Origin: a bacterium
Lineage (GTDB): Bacteria > UBA4055
Reading direction: 5' to 3'
Assembly: GCA_029559475.1 (NCBI GenBank)
Contig: JAKQBN010000030.1
Span: 10,756 to 74,755 of the forward strand
DNA: 64,000 bases
Shown here in pieces: positions 27,909-38,239 of this stretch. Position 1 is the first letter of the stretch. Each line of letters opens with the position of its first letter. Below the pieces are notes generated by a model. The model had not been told where the DNA came from. It was given only the letters and a program-made list of their open reading frames with translations, and did no database searches. The position numbers and the translations under genes were made by a program.

Positions 27909-28579
27909 CAGAAGAGATCGAAAAGGAAATCAGCTACGAAAACATACCTTTTGAAGAACAGAAGAAATACGGATTTTTTAAATCTTTCGGGCTCACAGTA
28001 TATATGCTCGTAAGAACCCCGTCCGATTTTTTCAGAAGAATGCACGTGAATAAAGGCCTCGGATATCCATTTATATTCTTATTAATAGTGCTGACGGTCA
28101 GCAACGTAATGAATTATATATACATTAAATATAATATTATTGAATCTCCGGCGGAACAGATCACAAAAGCTCTGGAAAGCAGTCCCGAATTAAAGACTCA
28201 GGCTGAGGTTTTCAAAAGCATGTTCGATAAAGAGGCCACCCTCTGGGATATACCCGTAAGCATATTCGCCAATTTCGGTTTCATGTTCCTTCTGGCTGCA
28301 TACTGGCATCTGATACTTCTGACGATGAAGATCGCGGGGAACGGATTCGAAGCGACTGTAAGGATATTCTGCTATTCATCGGTAATACTGCTGACATCTG
28401 TTTTTCCGATAAGCTCGCCGTTATTAAATTTCGCAGTCTATATGTGGTGGGCGTTCATTATGTATAAGGGAATATCAGAAGCGCACGAAGTATCATTGAA
28501 CCTGGCATGGAGGGGGATGACGATATCTCTATTAGCCACTATGATACCCTTTATACTTTTCGCCGCAGCTTTTTTCTGA
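27905..28579 (+). CDS. YIP1-family membrane protein
   Basis: PSDFFRRM, several TM helices, GFEATVRIFCYS. Confidence 0.75.
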   Translation: MTEEIEKEISYENIPFEEQKKYGFFKSFGLTVYMLVRTPSDFFRRMHVNKGLGYPFIFLLIVLTVSNVMNYIYIKYNIIESPAEQITKALESSPELKTQAEVFKSMFDKEATLWDIPVSIFANFGFMFLLAAYWHLILLTMKIAGNGFEATVRIFCYSSVILLTSVFPISSPLLNFAVYMWWAFIMYKGISEAHEVSLNLAWRGMTISLLATMIPFILFAAAFF

Positions 28580-31500
28580 ATTTGAACGCCGCGAAAATCA
28601 TTCTGAAAAAATCACCTCTCGAAAGCATCCAGTAAGCCGCGAAATTTATAATAAATCCCATAAATATCATTATTATCGCGTTATAAACGGAAGTATTGAC
28701 TTTCATATTCAGGAACGGTACCATTTTCTCACGCGTGAATATCGGATATATGATCTTCTGATGTTTTTCAGTTTCTGTCATTAGAGGATAAGCATACGAA
28801 AGCGCTTCATACTCCATCTTAAACCTGTCATCCCCTGAAATAACCGTCCTGTGAACCTCCATATTGCCGTACTCGGACATATACCTGCGCCTGAAATCGG
28901 AAATGTCCTTCTCCAGCATCCTTTCCTTGACGGTTCTATATGACTGTATCTCTTCTTTTGATAAACCGCTTTTTTCTTTTTTAATATGCTCGTCCAATGA
29001 ATTCTGCATAATATCTTTGGCTGAATGATACGAATTATATGTATCCTGCATTACCAGCAGTCCTTCGTAAGCCCAGCGCGAAGGCATCGCCTGACAGACC
29101 TCAGGGATCGGTGAATTCTGATATATCGTCAGAGAAGTATTTAGCTCTTTATACTGGATCAGCGCTCCGCCGAATATTATCTGCGGGATGAGAATTAAGG
29201 GAATAATATTCTGCACGGCTTTTACGCTGAGCCCCGGGATCGATGATATGAAAAATCCCAGAGAGATCCCGACGGCTGAGATAACCGTCATAAAAGCAAG
29301 ATAATACAGGTGAAGTTCTCTGATCTCTAAAAACAAGAAACTGACCGTGATGAAAAGAACGTTCTGGATTGTGGCGAATATCATCTGCGTGGAGAATTTT
29401 GATACGTAATACCTTAAAAATTCGATATCCAGCATTTTCTCGCGTCTGATTATCTCCGTATCCTTGATGATCTCGTCCGAGCTGTTCGACATGGCCAGAA
29501 ATATACCGATTATGACCGTCAGAAAAAGAAAAGTAGGCAGATGGATGTTGTTATAAAGCGAATATTCACTGGCGGGAATATACCTTAAAATAAAACCGAC
29601 AACAGCTGCCAGAAGCGGAGCTTCCAGAAATGTAATTATAATATTCGATCTGTTCCGCAGCTTGTTAATAAAATTCCTTTTAAACAGAATGACGAACTGA
29701 GTTAATTTCCCTTCAAGATCGTAATTCTTTGACGGTACGTCGTTCACAATATCTTTTGTGGGTATCTTTACAGGCCTGAGCTCTTTTATGTATTCTGTAA
29801 ATTTTTCTTTCCAGAATTCCGGCTTGAATTTTCTTTCCGGCAGCACCGATCCGTCAACATCCCTTAAAGGTTCTTCGAGAGTATCAAGAAGAATGTCAGG
29901 ATCATTTTTTCCTATGCTCATGTCAGTGAAATAACTGTTGTACCTGTTGTACTGCCTGAAATACTGGATCGCGTTATAGGTGCTGCCGTAAAATGCGAGC
30001 TTTCCGCCGTGGTCAAGTATCAGAGCTTTATTGAATTTGTTGTATATTTTGTAGCCCGGCTGATGGATCACGGCGAAGATTATTTTTCCCTTTACCGCAA
30101 GCTTTTTGAGCAGTTCAACGACTTTCTCGGAATCCTTTGATGAAAGTCCTGAGGTCGGCTCGTCAAAAAAGTAAATGTTCGAATCAGACAGAAGCTCGAG
30201 TCCGATGTTCAGCCTTTTCCTTTCGCCTCCGCTCAGAACCCTTTCCGATTCCGCACCGACCTTTAAATTCATTTTATCGGAAAGACCGGTCTCCCGTATG
30301 ACGGACAGCACTCGTTCAGATATGCTTTTACCGTTGAGCTTAGGGTATCTCAGCCTCGCATTATAATACAGGTTCTCGTAAACAGTGAGATTCTCGAACA
30401 GGACATCATCCTGCGGAACGTAGCTGATGAACCGTTTTATCTTTTCATAGTATTCGAAGAAATCGAAATTATCGGTATGGATCGTGCCTTTCTGCGGTTT
30501 TATCATGCCGCACAGGATCTTTAAAAGCGTAGATTTGCCGGCTCCGCTGGGACCCATTATGCACACAAGATCGCCGTGATCGACCTCGCAGGAGATCCCG
30601 TCAACGATCTTCGTTCTATTTTTGAACGAATATTCCAGCCCTTCCACACTGTAGGTGATGTATCGGAAATATGTTTTCTCGAAAAGCCCCGCATCAAAAT
30701 TGAGCTTTAGAACATTACCCTGAATGAAAATAATGTCGCCGTTCTTCAGCCTGAACTTTTTCCGCTTCTTTACACTTCTGCCGAATATACCCGACTGCCT
30801 GTTTATCTGAAAATCCACGTTATCCCGGATTATCCAGAACGGATGCGGGCAGTCTCCAGTGTTCAGGAAATGGCTGCCGTCTTTATTCGTTATCCTGCTT
30901 TCCCACAATGATTCCGAAGCATCAGAAATATGAATTTCTGCTCCCTGATCGTTAGAAAGCCTGTATTCGTCCCTTTTACTGTCCAGCTTTATATACTCAT
31001 TGTCAAAATACTCCTGATATTTCAGCTTTCTCAGGTTGATAAAACTGTCGTTTATCTTTACGAAATCGTTAACGTTTACATATGTCTCGAATTTACATTC
31101 TCTTTCATTTACGCTTATCGAAGTTGTTTTATCGAGAGGTGTTATGATGATCTTGCAGCCTGTCATCAGAACTTTAGCCGTGCTGAAACCCTTTTTCTGT
31201 TTTTCCAGAATGATCTCTTCCGGCATGTTGTTTACGTAAAATTCCTTATCGGGATAAAGGTTGTATTTGATCTTAAGATAAAGTTTTATGTCCTCAGATT
31301 CGATAAAATAATCGTTAATCCTTATATTAGATCCGTAGATCATGCTTACAGCAGCCATCGGTTTTAACAGGCAGTTACCGGTAGAAACCGATGAATTCCC
31401 ATCCGACTTTACCATGAAATTGAAATTTCCTTCATTGAAAAGAATGACTCTCAGACCTTCAAAAGGCAGAAATATATCCGAAGCCTCCTTCTCATCTGAA

Positions 31501-32006
31501 AAATAGAGAAACTTCATCCTTGAGCCTGAATATTTTGACGGAGATATAGAACCGCTCAGATATAGCTCTTTTCCCATTTCAAAATCGGCCTGATCGATAC
31601 CGAGAATGGCGGAAACCTTTCTTCCCGTTTCGGTTTTCAGCCTCGAAACGTTCTGAATATCAAGAAATTCGAGTATCTTGAAAAAAACGAACAGCTTTTC
31701 GCCGTATGAGATGCCGCTGTATTTGCTCTGACTGAAGTTTTTTAAAGTCAGTTTCTGATTTACGTAATCATTGAATCTGTCGAAAAGGTAAAAAGCTATG
31801 CTGTCGGGATAGTTCATCCAGTAGAATTCGAGTATATAGGACCGTTCATCTTCGGTAACTTCACCATCTATCTGAGCTGTCGCTGCGAAAAGTTTTGTAA
31901 AAAATATCAGCTTTGATTCTTCGATATTTTTTAAAGTTCCTGTATCGGGAGGCGTTCCTTTTTTCTTATAGTCCAGATATCTCTGAAGATGTACAGGCAG
32001 TCCCAT
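28551..32006 (-). CDS. Fused ABC exporter: TerB-like N-terminus, FHA-like beta region, ATPase and ABC-2 permease
   Basis: AQIDGEVTEDE (TerB-like), GPSGAGKST, YVPQDD, LSGGERKR, FDEPTSGL, C-terminal TM helices with PQIIFGG and PSRWAYEG. Confidence 0.85.
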   Translation of the reverse strand: MGLPVHLQRYLDYKKKGTPPDTGTLKNIEESKLIFFTKLFAATAQIDGEVTEDERSYILEFYWMNYPDSIAFYLFDRFNDYVNQKLTLKNFSQSKYSGISYGEKLFVFFKILEFLDIQNVSRLKTETGRKVSAILGIDQADFEMGKELYLSGSISPSKYSGSRMKFLYFSDEKEASDIFLPFEGLRVILFNEGNFNFMVKSDGNSSVSTGNCLLKPMAAVSMIYGSNIRINDYFIESEDIKLYLKIKYNLYPDKEFYVNNMPEEIILEKQKKGFSTAKVLMTGCKIIITPLDKTTSISVNERECKFETYVNVNDFVKINDSFINLRKLKYQEYFDNEYIKLDSKRDEYRLSNDQGAEIHISDASESLWESRITNKDGSHFLNTGDCPHPFWIIRDNVDFQINRQSGIFGRSVKKRKKFRLKNGDIIFIQGNVLKLNFDAGLFEKTYFRYITYSVEGLEYSFKNRTKIVDGISCEVDHGDLVCIMGPSGAGKSTLLKILCGMIKPQKGTIHTDNFDFFEYYEKIKRFISYVPQDDVLFENLTVYENLYYNARLRYPKLNGKSISERVLSVIRETGLSDKMNLKVGAESERVLSGGERKRLNIGLELLSDSNIYFFDEPTSGLSSKDSEKVVELLKKLAVKGKIIFAVIHQPGYKIYNKFNKALILDHGGKLAFYGSTYNAIQYFRQYNRYNSYFTDMSIGKNDPDILLDTLEEPLRDVDGSVLPERKFKPEFWKEKFTEYIKELRPVKIPTKDIVNDVPSKNYDLEGKLTQFVILFKRNFINKLRNRSNIIITFLEAPLLAAVVGFILRYIPASEYSLYNNIHLPTFLFLTVIIGIFLAMSNSSDEIIKDTEIIRREKMLDIEFLRYYVSKFSTQMIFATIQNVLFITVSFLFLEIRELHLYYLAFMTVISAVGISLGFFISSIPGLSVKAVQNIIPLILIPQIIFGGALIQYKELNTSLTIYQNSPIPEVCQAMPSRWAYEGLLVMQDTYNSYHSAKDIMQNSLDEHIKKEKSGLSKEEIQSYRTVKERMLEKDISDFRRRYMSEYGNMEVHRTVISGDDRFKMEYEALSYAYPLMTETEKHQKIIYPIFTREKMVPFLNMKVNTSVYNAIIMIFMGFIINFAAYWMLSRGDFFRMIFAAFKFRKKLRRKV

Positions 32007-32016
32007 TATTTATTCC

Positions 32017-33402
32017 TTATTCCTGATTCTTTACCAAAAGACCTACGGTCTCCACATGGAAAGTATGTGGGAACATATCTACCGGCTGAACTTTTATAAG
32101 CTTGTATCCGCCTTCCTCAAGAAGCTGGACATCACGCCCGAATGTTGACGGGTTGCAGGACACATAAACGATCTTCGGCACTTTAGAACCTATAAGTGCT
32201 TCAACTACCTTGGGATGCATTCCGTCTCTTGGCGGATCGGTTATTATCACATCGAAATTTTCCTTAAAAAGTTCGCCGTCCTTTGCAAGTTTCAGCATAT
32301 CGCCGGAAACGAATTTACAGTTAGATATCCCGTTCAGCCCTGCGTTTCTCTTTGCGTTGATAACGGCGTTCTCAACAAGCTCGAATCCCGTGACGCTTTT
32401 TACGCGTCCGCTTATGTAAAGAGCTATCGTACCTACACCGCAGTAAAGGTCGAGAACATTCTCAGAACCGTTAAATCCCGCGTAATCGATAACTGTATCG
32501 TAAAGTTTAGTCACCTGCTCCGGATTGACCTGGAAGAAAGTGTCGCAGCTCAGTTCGAATTTCAAACCGCCTATCGTATCGATCAGCGTTTCGGTTCCCC
32601 GTATAAGAATGCTTTCCTCTCCGTAGGCTGTGGATGACAACCCTGAATTTATCGTATTAATGAAAGAAGCTAATTCGGGGAATTCCGAGAACAGCCTGTC
32701 TGCGATATCTTTGATCTCTTTTAATTTTCTTGATTTTGTAATCAGATTGATCATTATCCGGTCGTCATTCGTTTTTCTGATGACCATATATCTTAAAAAT
32801 CCGGTATGCTGAACAACATCATAAGGTTCCAGCCCCGATGATCTAAGCGTTTTTCTCAGTGATTGATAAACTCTGTTCATCAGATCGGTCTGCAGATTGC
32901 AATGATCGATATCTATAGCCTTGCTGAAAAATTTCGGAGCGTGAAATCCGAGCGTGAATCCTTCTTCCTCCAACCCTTTTTCTTCTTCTGTATAATATCT
33001 CAGTTTCGAGAATGTAAATTCTGTTTTGTTACGGTAATTATTATGAATCTTACATTTTATTATAGGGTGCATTTCGCAGTCAATTACTTTTCCGATCCTG
33101 CGAACGCAGTCCTTCACGACCTCTTCCTTTATGTAAGTCTGATAGTCGTACTCCACGTCTCTGAGCTTACAGCCTCCGCAGGTGGGATAATACCGGCAGT
33201 CGGATTCTTTTCTGTGAGGGGATCTTTCGATTATCTCTTTGGCGACAGCCTCGATGTATCCTGACTTTCTTTTCTTAACATAAGCTTGTACCTTTTCGCC
33301 GGGCAGAGCTCTTTCGAGCATCACCTTTCTGCCTTCATATTCGGACAGGCATTTCCCGCCGTATATCGGCTTTCCGGCCGTTAATTCGATCAATTGTTTC
33401 AT
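32017..33402 (-). CDS. rlmD: 23S rRNA (uracil-5)-methyltransferase RlmD
   Basis: TRAM domain, CxxxxxCGGC, FFQVN, DLYCGVG, DPPR, YVSCNP and VDMFPHTFHVE motifs. Confidence 0.95.
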   Translation of the reverse strand: MKQLIELTAGKPIYGGKCLSEYEGRKVMLERALPGEKVQAYVKKRKSGYIEAVAKEIIERSPHRKESDCRYYPTCGGCKLRDVEYDYQTYIKEEVVKDCVRRIGKVIDCEMHPIIKCKIHNNYRNKTEFTFSKLRYYTEEEKGLEEEGFTLGFHAPKFFSKAIDIDHCNLQTDLMNRVYQSLRKTLRSSGLEPYDVVQHTGFLRYMVIRKTNDDRIMINLITKSRKLKEIKDIADRLFSEFPELASFINTINSGLSSTAYGEESILIRGTETLIDTIGGLKFELSCDTFFQVNPEQVTKLYDTVIDYAGFNGSENVLDLYCGVGTIALYISGRVKSVTGFELVENAVINAKRNAGLNGISNCKFVSGDMLKLAKDGELFKENFDVIITDPPRDGMHPKVVEALIGSKVPKIVYVSCNPSTFGRDVQLLEEGGYKLIKVQPVDMFPHTFHVETVGLLVKNQE

Positions 33403-33485
33403 TCAGCCTTCAGTTAAATTAGAAGTTAAATATAAACGTTTAAATTACTTTTTTAAAGAAAATAAAATTCCAACTTGAAGTTGTA

Positions 33486-34838
33486 TCATACATTTATTTT
33501 GGAATGATCCCTTTTATACTTCAGCATTTTTGCAATTAAGATCATTCCTATTATGCCTGCTGAAATATCCGTTATGAGCCTTGCTGAAAAGATTCCCCTT
33601 ATGCCGAACAAACTGCTTCCGAGTATCGAAAGAGGTATCAGTAAAACAAGGATCCTTACAATATTGAGCACTGTGGCAAGGACCGGCTTGTGGATTCCGG
33701 TCAGGAAAAATCCGCTGTAGCGGTGGATCTCCATCATTCCATAGCCGAACGATATTGTACGGACATACAGAACGAATATTTCTATGACTTTAGGATCATT
33801 TGTAAATATCTGCGCTAAGTAAGGCGCGCTTGTATAAAATACGGCGGCTATGAAGAATCCGTAATAGAATGCGAACTTTATTGAATATATTTTAGCCTGA
33901 TGTATCCTGTCGAACCTGCCGGCGCCGTAATTCTGGCTGACGAACGGCACTAATGACATTCCGAGAGCCATCGGGATCACGAAAGCGAACATCTCCATCC
34001 TTCCGGCCGCGCTTGCGGCGGCTACGGCTTCAATACCGTGTCTGCTTATAAGCGCAGTAACGACCGCAGCGGATAACGGCATCAGCATCATGCTTATGCT
34101 GCCAGGAATGGCAAATCCCATTATCTTTTTGCATGACCTGAAAAAATGACCCGTTTCAGGCTCTTTAAGTTTAAGCAGTTTGTGCTTTTTAAAAAGAAGG
34201 TAGAACAGCCAAACAGAAGTTACTGCCTGTCCGATCACGGTTGCGAGCGCAGCTCCTAAAATGCCCATCGCCGGAAGTCCGAACCATCCGAATATGAACA
34301 TCGGATCGAGTACGCAGTTTAGAAGCGCTCCGGTAGCCATAAAAGCGCTCGCCTGCTTTGATTCTCCCAACGATATCATGATCCCGTTGCCCATCATCGG
34401 AAAAGCCATGAACACGGCTCCGAAATACCAGGTGTTCATATAACTTTTTATTAACGGCATCGTAGTCTCGTCTGCTCCAAGCTTCGAGAAAATGTAATCT
34501 ACAGAAAAATAACCCGCCGCGGCCAGCAGTACCGAAAGGATCACGACAAGAATAACTCCGTGAGTAACGAGCCTGGATGCTGAAGCGTGATCTTTGCGCC
34601 CGAGAGCGTGGGATGTCAGAGTTGTTACTCCGGTACCTATTCCGCCGGCTATAAAAGTCAGCATCATAACGACAGGCATAGTAAATCCCATCGCGGCCAA
34701 CGGAACAGTGCCCAGCCTAGACACGAAATAAGTGTCGGCGAGGTTATATGTATTCATCGCGAAGGTTCCCACAAGCATCGGGAAAGCCATCTTGAAAAGT
34801 GTTCGTTTTACTGATAATTTTGCGACTAATTCAGACAT
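33486..34838 (-). CDS. MATE-family efflux transporter
   Basis: About 12 TM; YNLADTYFVSRLG, LDPMFIFG, GAALAT and SQNYGA motifs. Confidence 0.92.
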   Translation of the reverse strand: MSELVAKLSVKRTLFKMAFPMLVGTFAMNTYNLADTYFVSRLGTVPLAAMGFTMPVVMMLTFIAGGIGTGVTTLTSHALGRKDHASASRLVTHGVILVVILSVLLAAAGYFSVDYIFSKLGADETTMPLIKSYMNTWYFGAVFMAFPMMGNGIMISLGESKQASAFMATGALLNCVLDPMFIFGWFGLPAMGILGAALATVIGQAVTSVWLFYLLFKKHKLLKLKEPETGHFFRSCKKIMGFAIPGSISMMLMPLSAAVVTALISRHGIEAVAAASAAGRMEMFAFVIPMALGMSLVPFVSQNYGAGRFDRIHQAKIYSIKFAFYYGFFIAAVFYTSAPYLAQIFTNDPKVIEIFVLYVRTISFGYGMMEIHRYSGFFLTGIHKPVLATVLNIVRILVLLIPLSILGSSLFGIRGIFSARLITDISAGIIGMILIAKMLKYKRDHSKINV

Positions 34839-34851
34839 TATTTAGTTCCTT

Positions 34852-35373
34852 TTACAATAACAAATAGAATTCCAGGTTTATACCCGGAAAAAAGTTAATG
34901 TCTAGATCATCAAGAAAGGGTTCTTCCGCATCTTTCTTTTCATCTACTTTGTCAAAAACAAGATAATTAATCCCGGCATCCAGCCTGATACCCGTTCTTT
35001 CTGAGATTCTGAAACTTTTTCCCGCCTGTAAATTAAACCATCCGTTTGTGCTTTTTTCATCATCAGATTCCGAGAAATTAAGTGTAACACCGGGTTTTAT
35101 ATATAAAGACTTGTATTTGGAATGATAAAAGTAAACGTCAAAAGAAAGAGCCTGAGTATTTTCAAGCATTTCATCAGGCACAGAACCGGCTCTTAATCCG
35201 AACCATATACCTTCAGCGGCATTTATCCTTAATCCTCCATAAAACAGCTCAAGATATCCTGCTCCGGCTGATACTTCATAACTCGGGTAATGAGCAATAT
35301 TTTCATCTGCCGAAAGCTGCCCGAAGGATGCAATTGTAAATACGAACATTAATGACATAATCCAATTTCTCAT
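34852..35373 (-). CDS. Secreted/outer-membrane beta-barrel-like hypothetical protein
   Basis: Signal peptide and amphipathic beta strands. Confidence 0.55.
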   Translation of the reverse strand: MRNWIMSLMFVFTIASFGQLSADENIAHYPSYEVSAGAGYLELFYGGLRINAAEGIWFGLRAGSVPDEMLENTQALSFDVYFYHSKYKSLYIKPGVTLNFSESDDEKSTNGWFNLQAGKSFRISERTGIRLDAGINYLVFDKVDEKKDAEEPFLDDLDINFFPGINLEFYLLL

Positions 35374-35391
35374 AACATGACCCCTAATTTA

Positions 35392-35676
35392 TTACTTTTT
35401 CTTCTTCACGATCTTACCTTCAATAAAATTCTCATCATACTCGATCTTATCACTCCTGTCCCATCTGACCCACGAACCGTGCTTTAAATTATTCATAAAA
35501 TGCCCGATTTCCCACAACTGCCCGGTTTCGCGATAAAATTTCCATTCGCCTTCAAATAGCTCATTAATGTACGGACCCTCAGCTTTAAGCTTGCCGCTTT
35601 TATAGTAATAAGTCAGCTTTTTACCCGAAAGAACATATATCTTCTGACCGTTCGCGTATGTGTCTTTTCCAAGCAT
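35392..35676 (-). CDS. MORN/YwqK-like repeat protein
   Basis: Repeats YYKSGKLKAEG, EGEWKFYRETGQL and HGSWVRW. Confidence 0.75.
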   Translation of the reverse strand: MLGKDTYANGQKIYVLSGKKLTYYYKSGKLKAEGPYINELFEGEWKFYRETGQLWEIGHFMNNLKHGSWVRWDRSDKIEYDENFIEGKIVKKKK

Positions 35677-35702
35677 ACTAACCTCCCTAATATAAATAAT
35701 AT

Positions 35703-36254
35703 CTATACTAGTTTTTTCCCTGCTTCCTTAGCCTGCGCCATCATTTCAGCGGGAATTTCCTGTCCGTAATTCATCTGTCCGCCGCAGCTTATCTTGCCTG
35801 CGATCTCCATTTTAAAAAATCCCGATAAAGTTCCGCAGACGCTTTCCGTAACGGCCTTGTAATTATCGGCCGGAGCTCCGCTGGTAATTATAACAACGGC
35901 TTTCTTTCCCGGTGTTCTGTTAACGGTAAAATCAGGTTCGACGAATATACAGAACCTGTCGAGAAATGTCTTGGATGTTCCGCATATATAATCCATATAG
36001 ATCGGAGCCGCCCATACTAAAGCGTCAGCTTCAACCAGTTTTTTCATTACCGGAACAAGGTCGTCTTTCTTTGTACAGAAACCCGGATCAGAATCTGACA
36101 TCTGGCAGTTTCCGCATGATTTGAAATCCAAATCATAAAGATATACATATTCAACCTCAGAACCATTCCTGACCGCCTCATCGCAAACCGCTTTAGCAAT
36201 TTTCGCGCCTGTTCCTTCTTTCCTCGCACTGCTAATGACCGCTAATATCTTCAT
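35703..36254 (-). CDS. Flavodoxin-family (iron-sulfur flavoprotein / FMN reductase-like) protein
   Basis: SSARKEG, CGNC...C.KKDD, ADALVWAAPIY and KTFLDR motifs. Confidence 0.85.
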   Translation of the reverse strand: MKILAVISSARKEGTGAKIAKAVCDEAVRNGSEVEYVYLYDLDFKSCGNCQMSDSDPGFCTKKDDLVPVMKKLVEADALVWAAPIYMDYICGTSKTFLDRFCIFVEPDFTVNRTPGKKAVVIITSGAPADNYKAVTESVCGTLSGFFKMEIAGKISCGGQMNYGQEIPAEMMAQAKEAGKKLV

Positions 36255-36284
36255 TCCAGACTCCTTTCCGTTATTTTAATTATT

Positions 36285-36836
36285 TCATTCACACTTTTTT
36301 AGCCTCTTTGCCATAATAATATCCGGTTTACCGAAGCCGTTCGCATCAGGAATTAATCCGACGACAGTATAGCCGAGTTTCTTATAGAAATCCACAGGAT
36401 GATCCGAAGTGCTTTTAATATTCTTCATTTGATCATAAATATCGGGATAAACATCGATCCCGCCGACATTCGTCCTGCAATGCTCATCATCCGATCCTAA
36501 ATATATTGTGAACGCGCCTTTCTCAAGAACCTTATCTTCAAGATCAAGAACAAGCATCCGCCCGATACCTTTTTTCCGCATATCCGCCTTCACTGCGAGA
36601 GGATGAAGTTCCCAAGCATGGCCGTCATATTGCTCGATACCTCCGATCCAGCCTGCAACATCGCCGTTCTCATCCACTGCGATCCTGCTGATCCTGTCAT
36701 CAGAGACCGATTCCAGCACTTCTTCAACAGCGCTCTTCATATCCGGCCAAGCCCCTTCAAAACAGGTCACAAGCAGCTCTGCAGCCTGACTGACATGCTT
36801 CTCATTTTTAATATCCATGTCAATTATTCTTATCAT
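36285..36836 (-). CDS. Aminoglycoside 6'-N-acetyltransferase, AAC(6')-Ia-like GNAT
   Basis: GWIGG, WELHPLAV, TIYLGSDDE and HPVDFYKKLGYTVVGLIPDANGFGKPDIIMAK match the AAC(6')-Ia/Ii clade pattern. Confidence 0.82.
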   Translation of the reverse strand: MIRIIDMDIKNEKHVSQAAELLVTCFEGAWPDMKSAVEEVLESVSDDRISRIAVDENGDVAGWIGGIEQYDGHAWELHPLAVKADMRKKGIGRMLVLDLEDKVLEKGAFTIYLGSDDEHCRTNVGGIDVYPDIYDQMKNIKSTSDHPVDFYKKLGYTVVGLIPDANGFGKPDIIMAKRLKKCE

Positions 36837-36926
36837 GATTTAGAGATATCTCCGTTTACTGATCAGTTTCGTTGAGTACACTAACATACATGAAAGAATT
36901 TAACCTATTTAAAAATTCTATGCAAC

Positions 36927-36956
36927 AAAAAAGGTGGTCACAGTTTATGACCACCT
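36927..36956 (-). terminator. Intrinsic terminator after thrS
   Basis: Minus strand AGGTGGTCA-TAAACTG-TGACCACCT followed by TTTTT. Confidence 0.82.
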
Positions 36957-36967
36957 CACTCAACATT

Positions 36968-38209
36968 CTAATCTTCAAATATGATCTGCGGTTTACCTTT
37001 ATTCTGTTCGACCCTGATAATTTCAAGAATTTTATCATACGAGTACGATCCTTTCAGCTTCGGATTGAACCTGCATCGTACCGAAACTTCATTTTTCTCA
37101 ACTTCCTTATCGCCGACGACAAGTATCAGAGGAATTTTCCGCAATTCCGCATTCCTGATCCGGCTGCTCAGAGAATCATTATTGTCTGAAAGTTCTACAC
37201 GCATATCTTCCTCTTTCAGCTTGCGCACCAGTTTTTTGCAGTGATCCGAACGGTTACTGTTTATATCGATAACCATTACCTGCATCGGAGACAGCCAGAA
37301 CGGCAGACTGCCCGAATAGAATTCCAGCAGTACGGCTATGAACCTTTCAATACTTCCGAACAAAGCACGGTGCACAAGATACGGAACATGGAATTTTCCG
37401 TCAGAACCGCGGTATTCCATCTTGAATTTACCGGGCAGGTTGAAATCGAACTGAACAGTGCTGCACTGCCATTCATTTCCCGCGAAATCGATTATCTTGA
37501 TATCTATTTTAGGCCCGTAAAAAGCACCGCCGCCTTCATCGATCTCATATTCCAGTCCGACTTCATTTACAGCTTTTTTCAAATGTTCAACCGCCATTTC
37601 CCAGTCTGAATCACTGCCTATAGCTTTCTCGGCCGGTTTAGTAGCTATATAAGCCTTGAACTTATTCAGCCCGAAAGCCCTGAGAACATAAAGGCTGAAC
37701 TTGAGAGCACGGAGTATCTCGCCGTAGATCTGATCCTTACTGCAGATAATATGCGCGTCATCCTGAACAAAACCTCTCACCCTTTTCAGCCCGTGCAGAG
37801 CACCGGAGAACTCATACCGGTAAACAGTGCCGAATTCCGCATACCTGACCGGCAGTTCCTGATATGACCTCTGCCTGTTCTTAAAGATCATCAGATGAAA
37901 AGGACAATTCATCGGCTTAAGATAATATTCTTCCTCATCTATCTTTATCGGAGCATACATATTTTCCTTAAAGAAATCCAGATGCCCTGAAGTTTTCCAC
38001 AAACCTGCCTTACCGATATGAGGAGAATAAACCCATTCATAGCCGTTTTGCAAATGAGCCTTCTGACTGAACCTTTCAAGCTCGTACCTTATGACACTTC
38101 CGTTCGGGTGAAAAGACACAAGACCCGCTCCGACTTCCTCTGAAAAACTATACAGATCAAGCTCTTTTCCAAGTTTGCGATGATCCCTGTTTTCGATAAT
38201 ATTCTTCAT
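36968..38209 (-). CDS. thrS: Threonyl-tRNA synthetase, short form lacking N-terminal TGS and editing domains
   Basis: Begins at RDHRKLGKELDL. LKPMNCPFH, RVRGFVQDDAH, GAFYGPKID, QCSTVQFDF, HRALFGSIERF and anticodon-binding domain present; 413 aa. Confidence 0.95.
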   Translation of the reverse strand: MKNIIENRDHRKLGKELDLYSFSEEVGAGLVSFHPNGSVIRYELERFSQKAHLQNGYEWVYSPHIGKAGLWKTSGHLDFFKENMYAPIKIDEEEYYLKPMNCPFHLMIFKNRQRSYQELPVRYAEFGTVYRYEFSGALHGLKRVRGFVQDDAHIICSKDQIYGEILRALKFSLYVLRAFGLNKFKAYIATKPAEKAIGSDSDWEMAVEHLKKAVNEVGLEYEIDEGGGAFYGPKIDIKIIDFAGNEWQCSTVQFDFNLPGKFKMEYRGSDGKFHVPYLVHRALFGSIERFIAVLLEFYSGSLPFWLSPMQVMVIDINSNRSDHCKKLVRKLKEEDMRVELSDNNDSLSSRIRNAELRKIPLILVVGDKEVEKNEVSVRCRFNPKLKGSYSYDKILEIIRVEQNKGKPQIIFED

Positions 38210-38239
38210 TTTTTATTCCTTTAATTTAATTTTTTACAA

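Noticed and set aside
28551..28579. 29-bp convergent overlap of the YIP1 and ABC genes as a regulatory feature
   Set aside because: Short tail-to-tail overlaps are common in compact genomes and there is no other supporting signal.
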